Shown: positions 24,311 to 36,715 of the stretch, one piece after another
Position numbering within the stretch: the stretch's first letter is position 1
Layout: each line of letters begins with the position of its first letter
From: Camelus dromedarius
Taxonomy: Eukaryota
Direction: 5' to 3'
Assembly (NCBI RefSeq): GCF_036321535.1
Contig: NC_087437.1
Span: 87,050,001 to 87,114,000 of the forward strand
Length of the DNA stretch: 64,000 nt
Notes under the pieces: generated by a model
Databases searched by the model: none
What the model saw: only the letters and a program-made list of their open reading frames with translations
What the model was told of the DNA's origin: nothing
Translations under genes and position numbers: made by a program

Positions 24311-26513
24311 TTTTATTCTGTTCTATAATATTTAATTGATATATCCCAAGTCTTTTATTAATTTTAATATAATCCATAGCATGTATTATTTTATAGGATA
24401 TTATGTCTTCCTCTAATATATAATTTAAAAACATTAAAAGAATGAATACATAACAAAACTCCAACTTTGGCTCTTGACCAAGATGGAGTGACAGGGACTG
24501 GATTTACCATCCCATAAGAAACAAAAAAAAACAAGATAAATAATCAAAAGTGTATGAAATGGCAGTTTCAAGTCACTCAGTATCAGGAAACAAAAACAAT
24601 GGTCTTTAAGAAAATGGAAATGGATGAGATGGGAGCTACAGTCAACATCTTATTGCCTTGAGATTCTCCAGGCTGCAAGACAAGGAGAGGGACCCAAACC
24701 GAGCTCAGAAAACTCCCTGAGTTGAGGAGATGGAGCCAAAGTTCCAGGGAGCCCAGGCTGACTAAAATTCTCAGAGAGAATACCAGACAAGAGTGGGCTG
24801 CACAGAAAGATCTAAAGGACAGCTATGAAAGATTCCCGTTCAGATTCAGCAGAGTACTGATAGGCCCAGGTGTGAGGAAACTTCCTGAGGCCAGGGAAAG
24901 AACTACCCCAATGTATTGGAGACATCATGTTTGGTGCTCACACAGGGCTTGGAAAAAGGTTTGTTGCCACCAACCAAACTGGAAAGCCTCGAGATTCATG
25001 GGGTACTTGGTACAGTACATAGGAGTGGCTTGCCTCAGTAGTGAGGGATAATCAGCTCTTGAATTAACACTGCTCTGCTTCCACATAACAAATCTTAAAA
25101 GCAAAATTCACAAGGATCAAACAGTTTCCTAACTGTGGCCCATAAAAAGCTCAGAGTATTTATAGGAATACAAATACATTCAGACCCAACAAGGAGAAAT
25201 TCACAATGATTCACATCCAATTAAAAAAAAAATTTCCAAGGCATGTAGAAAAATACAACTCATAATGAAGAGGAAAATCAATCATTCAAAATCAACCCAG
25301 AACTGTTATAGATGCTAGAAGTAATAGGACACTAGGACAGTTAACATAATTATTCTTCTATATGTTCAGAAAGTTAAATATAAAATGGAAGCTATAAAAA
25401 GGAATCAAGTTAAACTTTTAGTGATAACACTACAATGTTTGATATGAAAAATACACTGAATTGGATTGGTATCAGGTCACATGTCATGATGGAAAAGATT
25501 CATGAGCTTGAATAGATACCAGTAGAACTACCCAAAATAAAGAACACAGAGAAAATGATTTTTAAAAGGTTATGAGCACCCATGAACCCTAGGACTACTT
25601 CAATTTACCTAATATATGTGCAATTGGAGCTACCAATTGTGGGGAGAAAATATTTAAAGAAATAATGACTAAAACTTTTCAAAACTTGATGAAAACTTCA
25701 AACACACCGCCCTAAGATCAATAAATCCAATTCATAAGAAACACAAAGCAAACTTCACTAAGGCACATCATAAATAACTTTTTCAAAACCAGTAATAGAG
25801 CCAGTCTCAAAAGCAACCACAGGAAAATGGCACCTCATAAAAAGAAATAGAGAACACAATAGATTTCTTACCACAGAACAAGGAAAGAGTAAAATATCTT
25901 CAAACTACTGAAAGGGAAAAATGTAAACTCAGAATTCTATACCCAGGGAAGTATCTTTCGAAAATTAAGGTGGACTAAACATTTTTTCAGATAACTAAAA
26001 TTGAGGTATTCATCACCAACAGACTTAAACTATAAGAAATGTTACTGGAAACCTTTCAGGCAGAAAGAAAATGATGCTACATAGAAATATAGATATACAT
26101 AAAGAGTTGAAGGCACCAGCATTGGTGACTTTACTGGTAATTATATAAGCTTTTGTAAATATTTAAGTCTCCTGCAATATAATTGAATTTTTAAACGAAA
26201 CTTATAATGATGTTGTATTAGATTTATAGCATTTGTAAAAAAGTAAAATTTTTGCAATCAATAGCTTCAAGTCTAGGGGGAGAGAAGTGGATGTATACTA
26301 GTATAAGATTCTCATACTATACAGGAAATGGCATAATATCAATTAAAGGTAGACAGTGATAAGCTAAAAATCTATATAGTAAATCCTAAAAAAACTAAAA
26401 TAGCAAAATGAAGAGCTAGAATTGATTAGCTAACAAAGCAAATAAAATGGAATCATAAAAAATGGATTAATCTAAAGGAAGAAAGAACAAGAAGTCAAAA
26501 CAAATAAGGAACA

Positions 26514-26934
26514 ATACCATATGAGATCGCTCATATGTGGAATCTAAAAAACAAAAACAAAAACAAACAAACAAACAAACAAAAACAAAGCGTAAATAAA
26601 GGACAGAAATAGACTCACAGACAGAGAATACAGACTTGTGGTTACCAGGGGGGTGGAGGGTGGGAAGGGATAGACTGGGATTTCAAAATTGTAGAATAGA
26701 CTACACTGTATAGCACAGGGAAATATACACAAAATGTTATGATAACTCACAGAGAAAAAAATGTGACAATGAGTGTGTATATGTCCATGAATGACTGAAA
26801 AATTGTGCTGAACCCTGGAATTTGACACAACATTGTAAAATGATTATAAATCAATAAAAAATGTTAAATAGCAAAAAAAAACCTTTTGTACTTTCCTCTA
26901 TTAAATAAATATTTCATAAATTAAAATAAAAAAA
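26514..26934 (+). mobile_element. Young lineage-specific L1 3' end, 5'-truncated, with perfect 17-bp TSD
   Basis: ATACCATATGAGATCGCTCATATGTGGAATCTAAAAA (end of ORF2), 3' UTR, AATAAA at 26853, A tails; TSD AAAACAAATAAGGAACA at 26497-26513 and 26935-26951. Confidence 0.95.
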
Positions 26935-28691
26935 AAAACAAATAAGGAACAGAGGCAGAAACATAAAACAAATGGCAAGATCATGATTAAACCTCACTCC
27001 TCACAATCATCTTAGAAGAGAATGGCCTACACAGCCCAAATAAAGGACAGATTTTTTTTCAGATTAAATTTAAAAGCAAGACCAAACTGTCTGCTGTTTA
27101 TAAGTAACACACTTTAAATACAGACACACATAGCTTAAAAGTAAAAGGATAAGAAAAGATGCAATATCCCAAGACTAGAAAAAAGAAAGTTGAGAAAACA
27201 ATATTAAATCAGACAAGTGATATTTCAGAACTAAAAAAAAAAAAAAAAATACTAACAAGATAAAAAAACTCCATCTCAAAGTGATAAAGGGGTCAATTAA
27301 CCAAGAGGACATAACATTCATACATGTTCAGACACATGATCACAGAGCTCAATGAAAACCAACTTGAGAGAAGTACAAAGGAATGAAAGGCAAATACAAT
27401 TTAGCAGGTGGAGATTTCAACACCTCCTTCTCAATAACTGATAGAACAAGTGTGGAGAAACTCAGTAACACAATTGGCCAACACAATCAACCAACTAACT
27501 TGCATTAATAGAACGCTCCACCCAATAAGGGTAGAATACATATTTTTCCAAGTTTGCACTAAATCTTTATAAAGATAGATCATGTTTTGGACTATTAAAC
27601 AAGTTTGAATAAATTTTAAAAGATTCATGTGAACAAATTCTGTTTTGATACCAAAGTAGAATTAAATTAACAATAACGGAAAGACTTCTGAAAAAAAATC
27701 CCCAAATATTGGAAACCAAGTAATACACTGAAATTACCTATGAGTCAAAGGGAAAATAAAAGTTTAAATTAAAAAAACATTTTGAACCAAATGAAAATAA
27801 GAACATCATATATTAGAATTTGGACAATGTTAATATAGTAGTACTTAGACATAATTTATAGCACTAAGCATCTATATTGAAAAAAGAAAAGTCTCAAATC
27901 AATGGCATCAGGTTGCATCACGAAAACTAAAAAAGAAGAGCAGATTAAATAAAAATACGTTGAGGAAAGGAAATATTTAAGATCACAATAGAAACTGAAA
28001 TCAATAAAACTGAAAACAGAAAAATAATGAAAAAAATATCAGTGGAATCAAAAGACGTCTTTAAGAAGGTCAATAAAGTTGGAAACTACTAACTTCATGA
28101 TATGAGAAAAAAGAGAAGTCACAAATTACTTATATCAGAAATAAGAGAAGTGACATTACTACAGATCACATAGTATCAGAAAGATAAGATACTGTGAAAA
28201 ATGTTATTCTAATAAATTTGACAACTTAGATGAAATTTTAAAAAATTCCTTGAAAGATAAAAATGGGGAAGCTCACTCAAAAGGAAAAGATAACCTAAAT
28301 AGCTCTATATCTATTAATTAAATTTGAAAGAGAAGAACAAAGTTGGAGAACTAACACTAACGATTTCAAGACTTAATTCAAGTTGGTATGGTGTTGGTAT
28401 TAAGGTAAACAAATAGGTTAATGGGACAGAACAGAGTCTAGCAATAGAGTCACACATGTATTCTCAAATGATTCTCTACAAAGGTGCAAAGAGAATTTAG
28501 TGGAGAAAGTACAGATATTTTAACAGAGCTGAAAACAATTAGCCATTTGCAAAAAATGAACTTTGATCCTTACTTCGTATCAAACACAAAAATCAATTCA
28601 AATGAACAATAGATGTATCGCAAAAATCTAAAACTATAAAATTTCTAGAAGAAAACATAGGCAAAAAAATCACTGTGACCTTGTGTCAGGA

Positions 28692-29046
28692 GAGGAGTTG
28701 GCAAGCTAGAGCCTACAGGTCAAATTCAACCTTATGTCTATGTTTCTACGATGTGTGAGTTAAGAATTTTTTATATTTATATTTATATTAATTTAAAAAT
28801 TTTATATATTTAAGTGACAAGAAATTTTAAAAAGAAGGGTAGTATTTCATAATATATAATAACACAGGAAATTCACATTTCAGTAAACAACTATTGGAAC
28901 AGAGCCACATTCATTTATGTATAGATTTTTGTGGCTGCTTTCACACTTAACCAGGGAAATGACTGGTTGAGGCAGAGACTTTATGGATCACAAAGCCTAA
29001 ATCATTTACTATCTGGCCCTTTTAGAAAGAAGATTACAAACTCCTA
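28692..29046. mobile_element. MER58B (hAT-Charlie non-autonomous DNA transposon)
   Basis: GAGTTGGCAAGCTAGAGCCTACAGGTCAAATTC...ATTGGAACAGAGCCACATTCATT...AAAGCCTAAATCATTTACTATCTGGCCCTTT. Confidence 0.88.
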
Positions 29047-30899
29047 CAGTAGGGAAAGATTTCTTAAATACGACAGCAAAAGAACCATCAGTAAAAAATA
29101 AATTGACAAATTGGACTTCATCAAAATTTAAAATTCTCCTCTTCAAAAGATGCTACAGAAAGAGAATGAATAGCAAATCACAGACTGGGAGAAAATATCT
29201 GCAAATTCCTTGGGCAAATCAAATATTTGATGAAAGACTTGAGTCGAGCATAAGAACTCACAAAACTTCATGGTTTAAAAAAATTGCTCTCACACCCCTC
29301 CAAAAAGGATAAAATATTTCAACATACATTTCACAAATGAAGATATACAGATGGAAAATAAGCACAGGAAAAGATGCTCAATATCATCAGCTTTATGGAA
29401 ATGCAAATCAAAACTAAAATAGGATCTTAAATATGCACTTACTAGAACGGCAAAAATTTTAAGAGGCTGACAGTACCAAGGGTTGGCAAGGATGTGAACA
29501 AACCAGAATTCTCATACACTGCTGGCGGGAATGTAAAATGTTTCAAACACTTTGGAAAATATTTTGGCACTTTCTTAAAAGGTTAAATGTCACATGATGT
29601 AGCCAGTCCACTCTTTAGTACTTATCCACGCCACCCTACCCCCCAAAAAAGAAATGAAACGTCTATAAAAAGGCCTTTGCACAAATGTTTACTCAAATCA
29701 AACACTTTTGAAATTTGGAATAAATTTCAGTAGTCATTTTGTGTGTGTGAGCAAAATTAAAGAGAAGTAAATTAAATATTGGAGAATTTACAGACTTAGT
29801 TTGAATTATGGAGTCCTCAATTGATAGGTTATACTTTCTGTAGATCAAATAGTACAATTAAGAATTTTATCCTGTAGATGTTAATAAATCTGAAAAAAAA
29901 ACAGTGATATTTAATATAGCCTCTACAAGCAAAGCATTTTAGGCAATGCAGTAAGATGTATTTTCTGTTTCATGTAAAAGCTTACGTAAACTAACTTTAT
30001 AAGTGCCTTCCTTATTCTCCTCTACCTTCCCAATAGAATAATTCTTCATTCATTATTAAAATGATTTCTGGAAAGAACTACTGCATATTCCTACCAACTT
30101 GCTTAGAACTATAGAAATAATTAGACTTACCAGTCTGGAGAGCCCAAAATCTTATTGGGCACCCAAACATAAGTTTATCAATTCAATATTAATTTGGTTG
30201 CCAGACAGTTTGCATTCATCTCTGTTCCCCAGACATTGGTGGTACTATATATCCAGATTAATCCTGCCTTAAAAAGTAGACTAAGGTTCATACATTAACA
30301 CAAGTTCATTGAAGAAGCAGATATTTTCACTTATCCTGGCCAGCTAGCACATGTCCCACACACCAGGCCAAACTTTTAGCCTCACAGGGTGGAAAGTTCT
30401 GATCTTTTAAGTGACAGAGTCATAAAATGGAGCAAATGATCCTTACACATAATCTCATGCAACATCACACTTCAAGGTCCCCAGCGATTTAGTAATAATT
30501 CTTCACTCTTAAGTACCTACAATTGACCATAAGTTATCTTCTATCTCCCTTCTCCTTTTGATTTTATTGCTCAAGAATCCTGCAAATAACCTTCATCTTT
30601 TCTCATCTTATTATTATTACAGAAGGCTGGTCTAAATCAAGTGTTAATTTATACAACTGATACAGATGCTGTCTCTATTTCTCTCTCTCTCTCTCTGTCT
30701 CTATCTTTCACAAGACATAATTTTTAGAGAATATTTGCAAATTAAAAAAACAGCAATTTCGTTTTTTGTAGAACCTAGTGTAGGGTGGACTTCTTTCTCT
30801 CTGTAATGCAAAGTAAGAATGAAAATATGTGCAGTTGAAATTTGCTCCTCTGTAATTATTTCCTGATATATAATCTTTCTTATAAGATCCTTTAATCAA

Positions 30900-31025
30900 A
30901 GGACAGGAGAAGTGAGAAGTAGTCTAGACAAACTCTCATATTACTTAAATGAGATGACATTGGGGATGGAAGAGGTTCAATGGGTTACTCGTGGTCACAG
31001 AGTGAGAACATGCTTTAGCTGGACT
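30900..31025 (-). mobile_element. MIR fragment
   Basis: AAATGAGATGACATTGGGGATGGAAGAGGTTCAATGGGTTACTCGTGGTCACAGAG. Confidence 0.55.
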
Positions 31026-32894
31026 TGGATCCCTGTCTTCATTCATTAGCTAAGCAGAAAACTGTAGTGATGAGTCACATGTTACGCTGACTACAAGGGC
31101 TACACAGGGAAAAAGGCTCAAAGCCAGTCATCCGAGTGATTATAGAGTCTAGCAGGGAAGGAACACGGCCGCGCACCAGTCAGCTCAGTCGATTCGTGAT
31201 ATCCACAGTTCCTTCCTTAAATAAAATTGCCTCTAAAAATATCTAACAAACAAAATATGCATATCATTATACTAACAATGTAGATTGTGGGCTTAATTTA
31301 CTTCAATCACAAAAATACACCCCCAAAACTCTTAAGAATAGACGTTGCCTGCAAATCCTTTTATCAAAGAGTGGCTACTGTCTAGTTTTTATCTGACCTA
31401 CACATCACACAGTAACAGTGAAGACCAATTCATCATGGCAGGGCTAACTTCAAACTGACAGGTGGATATGATTTTTATTTACAGGTAAGCAGGCCTTCAA
31501 CCTCCTTTGCAATAACAGAAGTTTTACTGTTAACCAAACACATGGTTATACTTTGCTTTCAAGTGTACCAAAAAAGAAGAAAAAGAAGAATTAGAAATTT
31601 TAATGAACACTTGTCACACTTCCTTTTTCATAACCTACCAATACAGTATTTTCAAGTGTATTTTTGAGGGGCGCTATCCGCTCTTCCTAAACCATGCACG
31701 CTGCATATGTCAAAACCTGTTTTCCTTAACACACAACTCTGATGAGATCATACTTTAACACTATTTCCATATGTTGATTCATCAGAGAGAAGAAGTGACA
31801 AATATAGCAGAACAAGTTTGGCAGAAATTATCAAAAGACTGTGGTAAATAACAATACAATGGAGTAAAATAATGTTCATTACTCTGGTAAGTTTATGAGG
31901 GAAGATAAAATTTTGCTCATAGACAATTGTATAATAAAACTTCGAGAGAAGCCCCTGGTTAGAATGATTTTTTTAAATGGTGATATACTCCACAGAAATT
32001 GATGTTTAGGACAGCAACACAAGACTTGTCCAACTAGGAGCTGATGACATTGTCACAGTTTGTATTACTTGACATTATGTTTGATAAGACACAGGAGAGA
32101 TTTCAGAGGACGAATGCGACACTGAAGGCCAGACAGCATGATCTGTTCCATCAGGTACCTCTTGGGCTGAGCTTTCACTGATGCTTATAACCCAGAAAGC
32201 TTAACTACCCACAGTGGCTTCACTCCCCAGAAAGACCAGTCACTATAAAGCAATGTAAAGGGACCCACTTCTATTAATCAAACTTGAGTGGAAAGGAGGG
32301 AAGAATGTCACAGTGGCAATGGATAGGAATTATAGCTTTTTTGGTCCTCTCTACACATTTAGTTTCCTCTCCCCTTGTCTCTGTAAGTCTCAGTTCTCCT
32401 TATCATCACCTCACACCAGCAGTACATGCACCACTTTATGCATATTTAACCTTCTATCACTGAGGAGAACACAGAATATTAGATAAAATTTTAATTTCTA
32501 AGATGAGGCTCTATAAATTAAAATATACATACCTGATGTACATCAAATATAAATATTAAATACATATTTATATTCATATATATCTTAGAATAGAGAAATT
32601 GAACAAATTAAAAATTGGCCTAAGGCCCTCAAATAAACTTGGCTGGCACAACCTGTCTGCTCCAGGACCCATTATAAAGGATGGATTATTTTAATACACT
32701 ACATACGATTTCTTTCTTTTTCGTAGAATATTAAGTAAATTGATTAAGTTTTAGTACCTACTTCAAATACCAAATTTAGCCACCACAAGGCAACTTCATC
32801 AGCATTCTGGGTTGTCAGTGGGAATAAAGAATAAAAGGCAGAACCAAGCCCCAGCTTCTCTCTACCAGCCCACATTTCCCACCCTAAAAGAATT

Positions 32895-33137
32895 CAGATA
32901 CAGAAAAGTTCAGCTCTGTGCCCTTCAATGATCCCTGATGGGAGGTGGGTCCCACATACTAGCTGTGTGACAGGAGCATGTCAACTCACATCTGTTTCAG
33001 CTCCTTAGCTTGTAAAACAGAGGTAAGGACAGTAGCTACCTCATAAGGTTGTGCTGCTGACTAACTAGATTAACATATGTAAAAACTTGGAACCTTGCTT
33101 GTCACATAGTAGGTGCTATATTAATATTAGCTGTTAC
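32895..33137 (+). mobile_element. MIR SINE
   Basis: CCACATACTAGCTGTGTGAC...TGTAAAACAGAGG...CTACCTCATAAGGTTGT...GTCACATAGTAGGTGCT. Confidence 0.8.
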
Positions 33138-34694
33138 TGTAGAAATTGCTATATCATAATTACCACATCTATAAGTGATCCTTTGCCATTAATACAGGGT
33201 GAAAGTATCTTCAGAATTCTTTGTTAAGATCAAAGAACATTTAAAACCATTTAGAAGAACTTCGATCACTCTCAGGTTAAATAAATGTGCTTTCTATTTT
33301 GAGGTTTAAACTTTAATTATCCTGACAACTTTCTAAACCATACTACCTCATTATCCTGTAACACTGAAGAAAGGCAACATCATTTACGCAACCATTATGA
33401 TGCTTTTGAGTTTAATATGCTTAGTAGTGTACAAGGCTTACATAAACAGTATTTATTACCAGGCTAATTATAGGGACCTTTGGTTGAGTTTGTCATCGGA
33501 GAACATTGCTAGGTTATGGTCACCATTTGCTACTGGCAAAGAAGGATTGCCAACTCTGTATCTCCACTGGTTCTGAAACAACTTGCAGTAATGGAATGCT
33601 GAAGTCTGTAACACTCGTCACAGAATAGTTACTGTGCTTGTCCACACACGGGCACTTTAAAGCAGAATACAGTGCACTCGATATCCACTCAAGGATTAGA
33701 GATAAAGTCTATGAAAGTGGCTATAAATGTCAACATTATACAGCATCATAGTCCTATATTTGTTTCAGGAAGGCGTATTACTAGTTTTAGGCTGTAATCA
33801 TTCATGTCCTACCAAGTAACGGCATGACACGTCCATTTAGAAAGATGTTTTGCTCACAGAAAGTATTGTATTAAAAAGACAAATGCATACATACCCGAGC
33901 CTGAAAATGTAACATTGACTATGTAAGTGAGGCGTTGTTATGCGTCATGGTAACTATTAACATACGAATGCTGAATAATTTTTTTTAATTGTACTATTTT
34001 GTAGCTGCTGATAAATCATCTATTGTTAGGAAGCATGTACATATTTGGTGACTTTTTACTTTTTTCCTCAAAAATAAATTCTGGTATGTTTTCTTATAAG
34101 GTCAGCACATCCCTACAGAACTGTATTAGTAATCTGTTATACTGCCATATTCAGACATATTTTTATTTGTCAGAAAAAAAAATGGAAGATGAACAATTTG
34201 GTGTAATTTCTTCCATTTTGAAGGAAAACTCAAGTTCAATGTTCCATTTGGGGAGAATCTGGAATAGGGGGAAGAAACGGCTGAGGTAGGACTCTAGATG
34301 TTGACCCCAATTTAGGTCAATGCCAGTGTATGTAATCTGGGGAATCCCCTCAGTATTCTCTGAATAAGGATGTTGACCTCAATAAGCTTTATGAAAATGT
34401 TCTGCTTCTAAAAATAATTAATGCTAAACTAAATACAAATACGTTTTCTTACTCTTCTTTTATTCCCTTCTTTTCTCCTTAGTGTTTTTTGGGAGAAGTC
34501 TGATGAACTCGCTCACCTAGACAATGTACATTCCCAGAATATCACAGTCACTCAACATGGTGATGGTCCTTTCTCCCATTTGGCTGACGTCACTCTTTCT
34601 CTTAACTGGGCAGCTCACAAGCACCTCCAAACCTTGTAAGTATCACCCTTTTATTGACCTCACTGTTATTACTTCCTTCCACTAAGAAGTATCA

Positions 34695-34935
34695 CTATCA
34701 TGGTAAAAAATGTATTTTTATCACTGGGAGCCAGATTCCTTGGTTTAGAATCTCAATTCTCTCAGTAGGCTCCACATAACATTTGGCAAGGTATTTAGCA
34801 TTGCTGTTCCTCAGTTTTCCCATCTATAAAACGAGCAAATAGTGTTTACCCTCCAGGATGGTACTGCAGTTTAAATGGCTTTATTACACATAAAGACAGA
34901 AATATGGTAGGCACTCAATAAATGTTAGCTATTAA
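34695..34935 (+). mobile_element. MIR SINE
   Basis: GGAGCCAGATTCCTTGGTTTAGAATCTC...CCTCAGTTTTCCCATCTATAAAACG...TAGGCACTCAATAAATGTTAGCTATTA. Confidence 0.85.
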
Positions 34936-35379
34936 TTTTCTGTTCTTAATCATTCCATAGCTATCAATGTTTTTCTTGTTAAAAATCAAGGATAGATTAA
35001 TTCTTTCTATAGAATTAATTCTTTCTATAAGTGTTTTTAGAGGGCTCCCCATGGATTAGGTTTTGTGAATAAGTCAGACCATCTTCCTGCTCTTATAAAG
35101 CTTATGAACCAGGGTGTGCAAAATATGGTATTAAGTAAATGTAAAAATAAATAAGATTTTCATGTACATTTAAGAACTTCTAAGAAATTAATACTAAGAT
35201 TGTAACAGAGATTAAGAAGGGCAGGCAAGTGGAGTGGGAAAAAAAAGTACTTTTACTTGCTCACATGTGTAACCTCTTAATTTTGGAATGAATTAAGGCT
35301 CAGTTCTTGTACGTTATATCTGCTTTATTTGCACACCCTTCCTTCTTACTTCACCCAGGCCCAGGGCTTAATTATGACT

Positions 35380-36290
35380 TCCAAACATACCGTATAATTT
35401 AGTTATCTTCCTCAAACCTGCCACATGGGCAGTCACCTATCACAGCAAATGGCATCTTCCCTTTGCTAAGAGCAAAACCCCTGGAGCCATCCTGGCTCCT
35501 CTTTCTGTCTTCCTAGATCCAAAGCAGCAGCAAATTCTGTCAACTCTACCTGCAAAATATATCCAGTATTTTACAAGTTCTCACCATTTCCACTGCTGCC
35601 ACCATTTTCCAAGCCTTCCTGAATCTCTTGATTGAATTACTACTGAAAATCTTCCTAACTGGACTTCCTGGGTTCACCTTTGCCCACGTACAGCTTCCTC
35701 CCAGCACAGCAGCCAGAGTAGGCAAGAACTGGGTGATGAGGATGTGCCTCCTCTGTTCAAAGGCTCCAATGGCTCTGATTTCACTCAGAATAAAATCCAA
35801 AGTCTCAGCAGGCCCTTCCTGATCTGTCCCACGTCCCTTGTGTTATTTCCCTTACCTGCCACCCTTCTCCTTCTACTTCACTCTGCGCCTGGTAAACTGG
35901 CCTCCTTACTATTCATGAAATTCACCAATATTACTTCCTGCTCAGGCCTTTTCTCTTCTGCAAATGTCTGGCAAGCTCTCGGTCTAGCAGCCTGCTTTGC
36001 TTCCTTAATTCTTTCAGGGTTTTGTCCAAAAATCGCTTTCTCAGTGAGGCCCTCCTTTTTAAAATTGCACCCCCAATCCTTAAAACTTCTTATTCTCCAT
36101 TTATGATTTATTTTGCTCCCCATAAATTACTACTTTCTAGTGAATTTAGTTTGTTGTATTATTTCTTCCTTCTTAGGGTATAAACATCATTAAGGTGGAG
36201 ATTTTTGTCTATCATTCAATGTTATTTTCCAATTGCAGAGGCAACTGCCTAGCATTTTAAGTGTTCTTTCAACATTTAATGAATGAATGC
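35380..36290 (+). mobile_element. L2 LINE 3' ~0.9 kb (L2a-like)
   Basis: CAGCAAATTCTGTCAACTCTACCTGCAAAATATATCCAG, TTTCACTCAGAATAAAATCCAAAGTC, terminal (TGAA)n. Confidence 0.9.
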
Positions 36291-36489
36291 AGCATGGGAC
36301 GTCTTCTCTGAGGAGTAACATTTGTTCTGAGCCCTTGCTATGGAGAGACAGACTACTATTAGACAATCTGGTGGCAGAGAATATTCTAAATAAAGGAAAT
36401 GACTTTAGCAACTGTCCGCCTTTGAACAAAGAAAGGAGAAACATGAATGACTTATATTTTTAAATGATTGTTCTAACTTCCATGTTAAC

Positions 36490-36715
36490 AAAAGAGGAAG
36501 AACAGCAGTTGGAGTAAAATAAGTGAGGACGTGAGAGGCAGGGGCTAAGGTCTGAGAAGGAGGAAGTGGACAGGCCTTCTGGGCAATGGTAAGAAGTAGA
36601 ATTTCATTTCCGATGTAGAAGGAAGCAAGGCTGAAGGGGGCTATTGAAGGTATGAGTCCAAGGAGGTTATATAATCTGGTTTTATTTTTAGAAGATCAGT
36701 TGGCTAGCAAGGAAT
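36490..36715 (-). mobile_element. L2 fragment
   Basis: GGCCTTCTGGGCAATGGTAAGAAG...TATAATCTGGTTTTATTTTTAGAAGATCA. Confidence 0.6.

Larger units (their letters stand above)
24458..29692 (+). mobile_element. Ancient near-full-length L1 (L1MC/L1MD-type): 5' UTR, decayed ORF1 and ORF2, internal deletion, two nested insertions, 3' end missing
   Basis: 5' end CCAAGATGGAGTGACAGGGACTGGATTTACC; ORF1-like AGAATTCTATACCCAGGGAAG (RILYP); EN motif GGAGATTTCAACACC (GDFNT) at 27410-27424; C-terminal ORF2 motifs (GAAATGCAAATCAAAAC, CTCATACACTGCTGGCGGGAATGTAAAATG). Confidence 0.92.

Noticed and set aside
30131..30267. Minus-strand coding exon (TTTTTAAG acceptor, CTG|GTAAGT donor)
   Set aside because: Stop codons in all three frames; it could only be non-coding, and nothing else supports it.
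35546..36123. Cluster of four overlapping ORFs
   Set aside because: All lie within a decayed L2 element.
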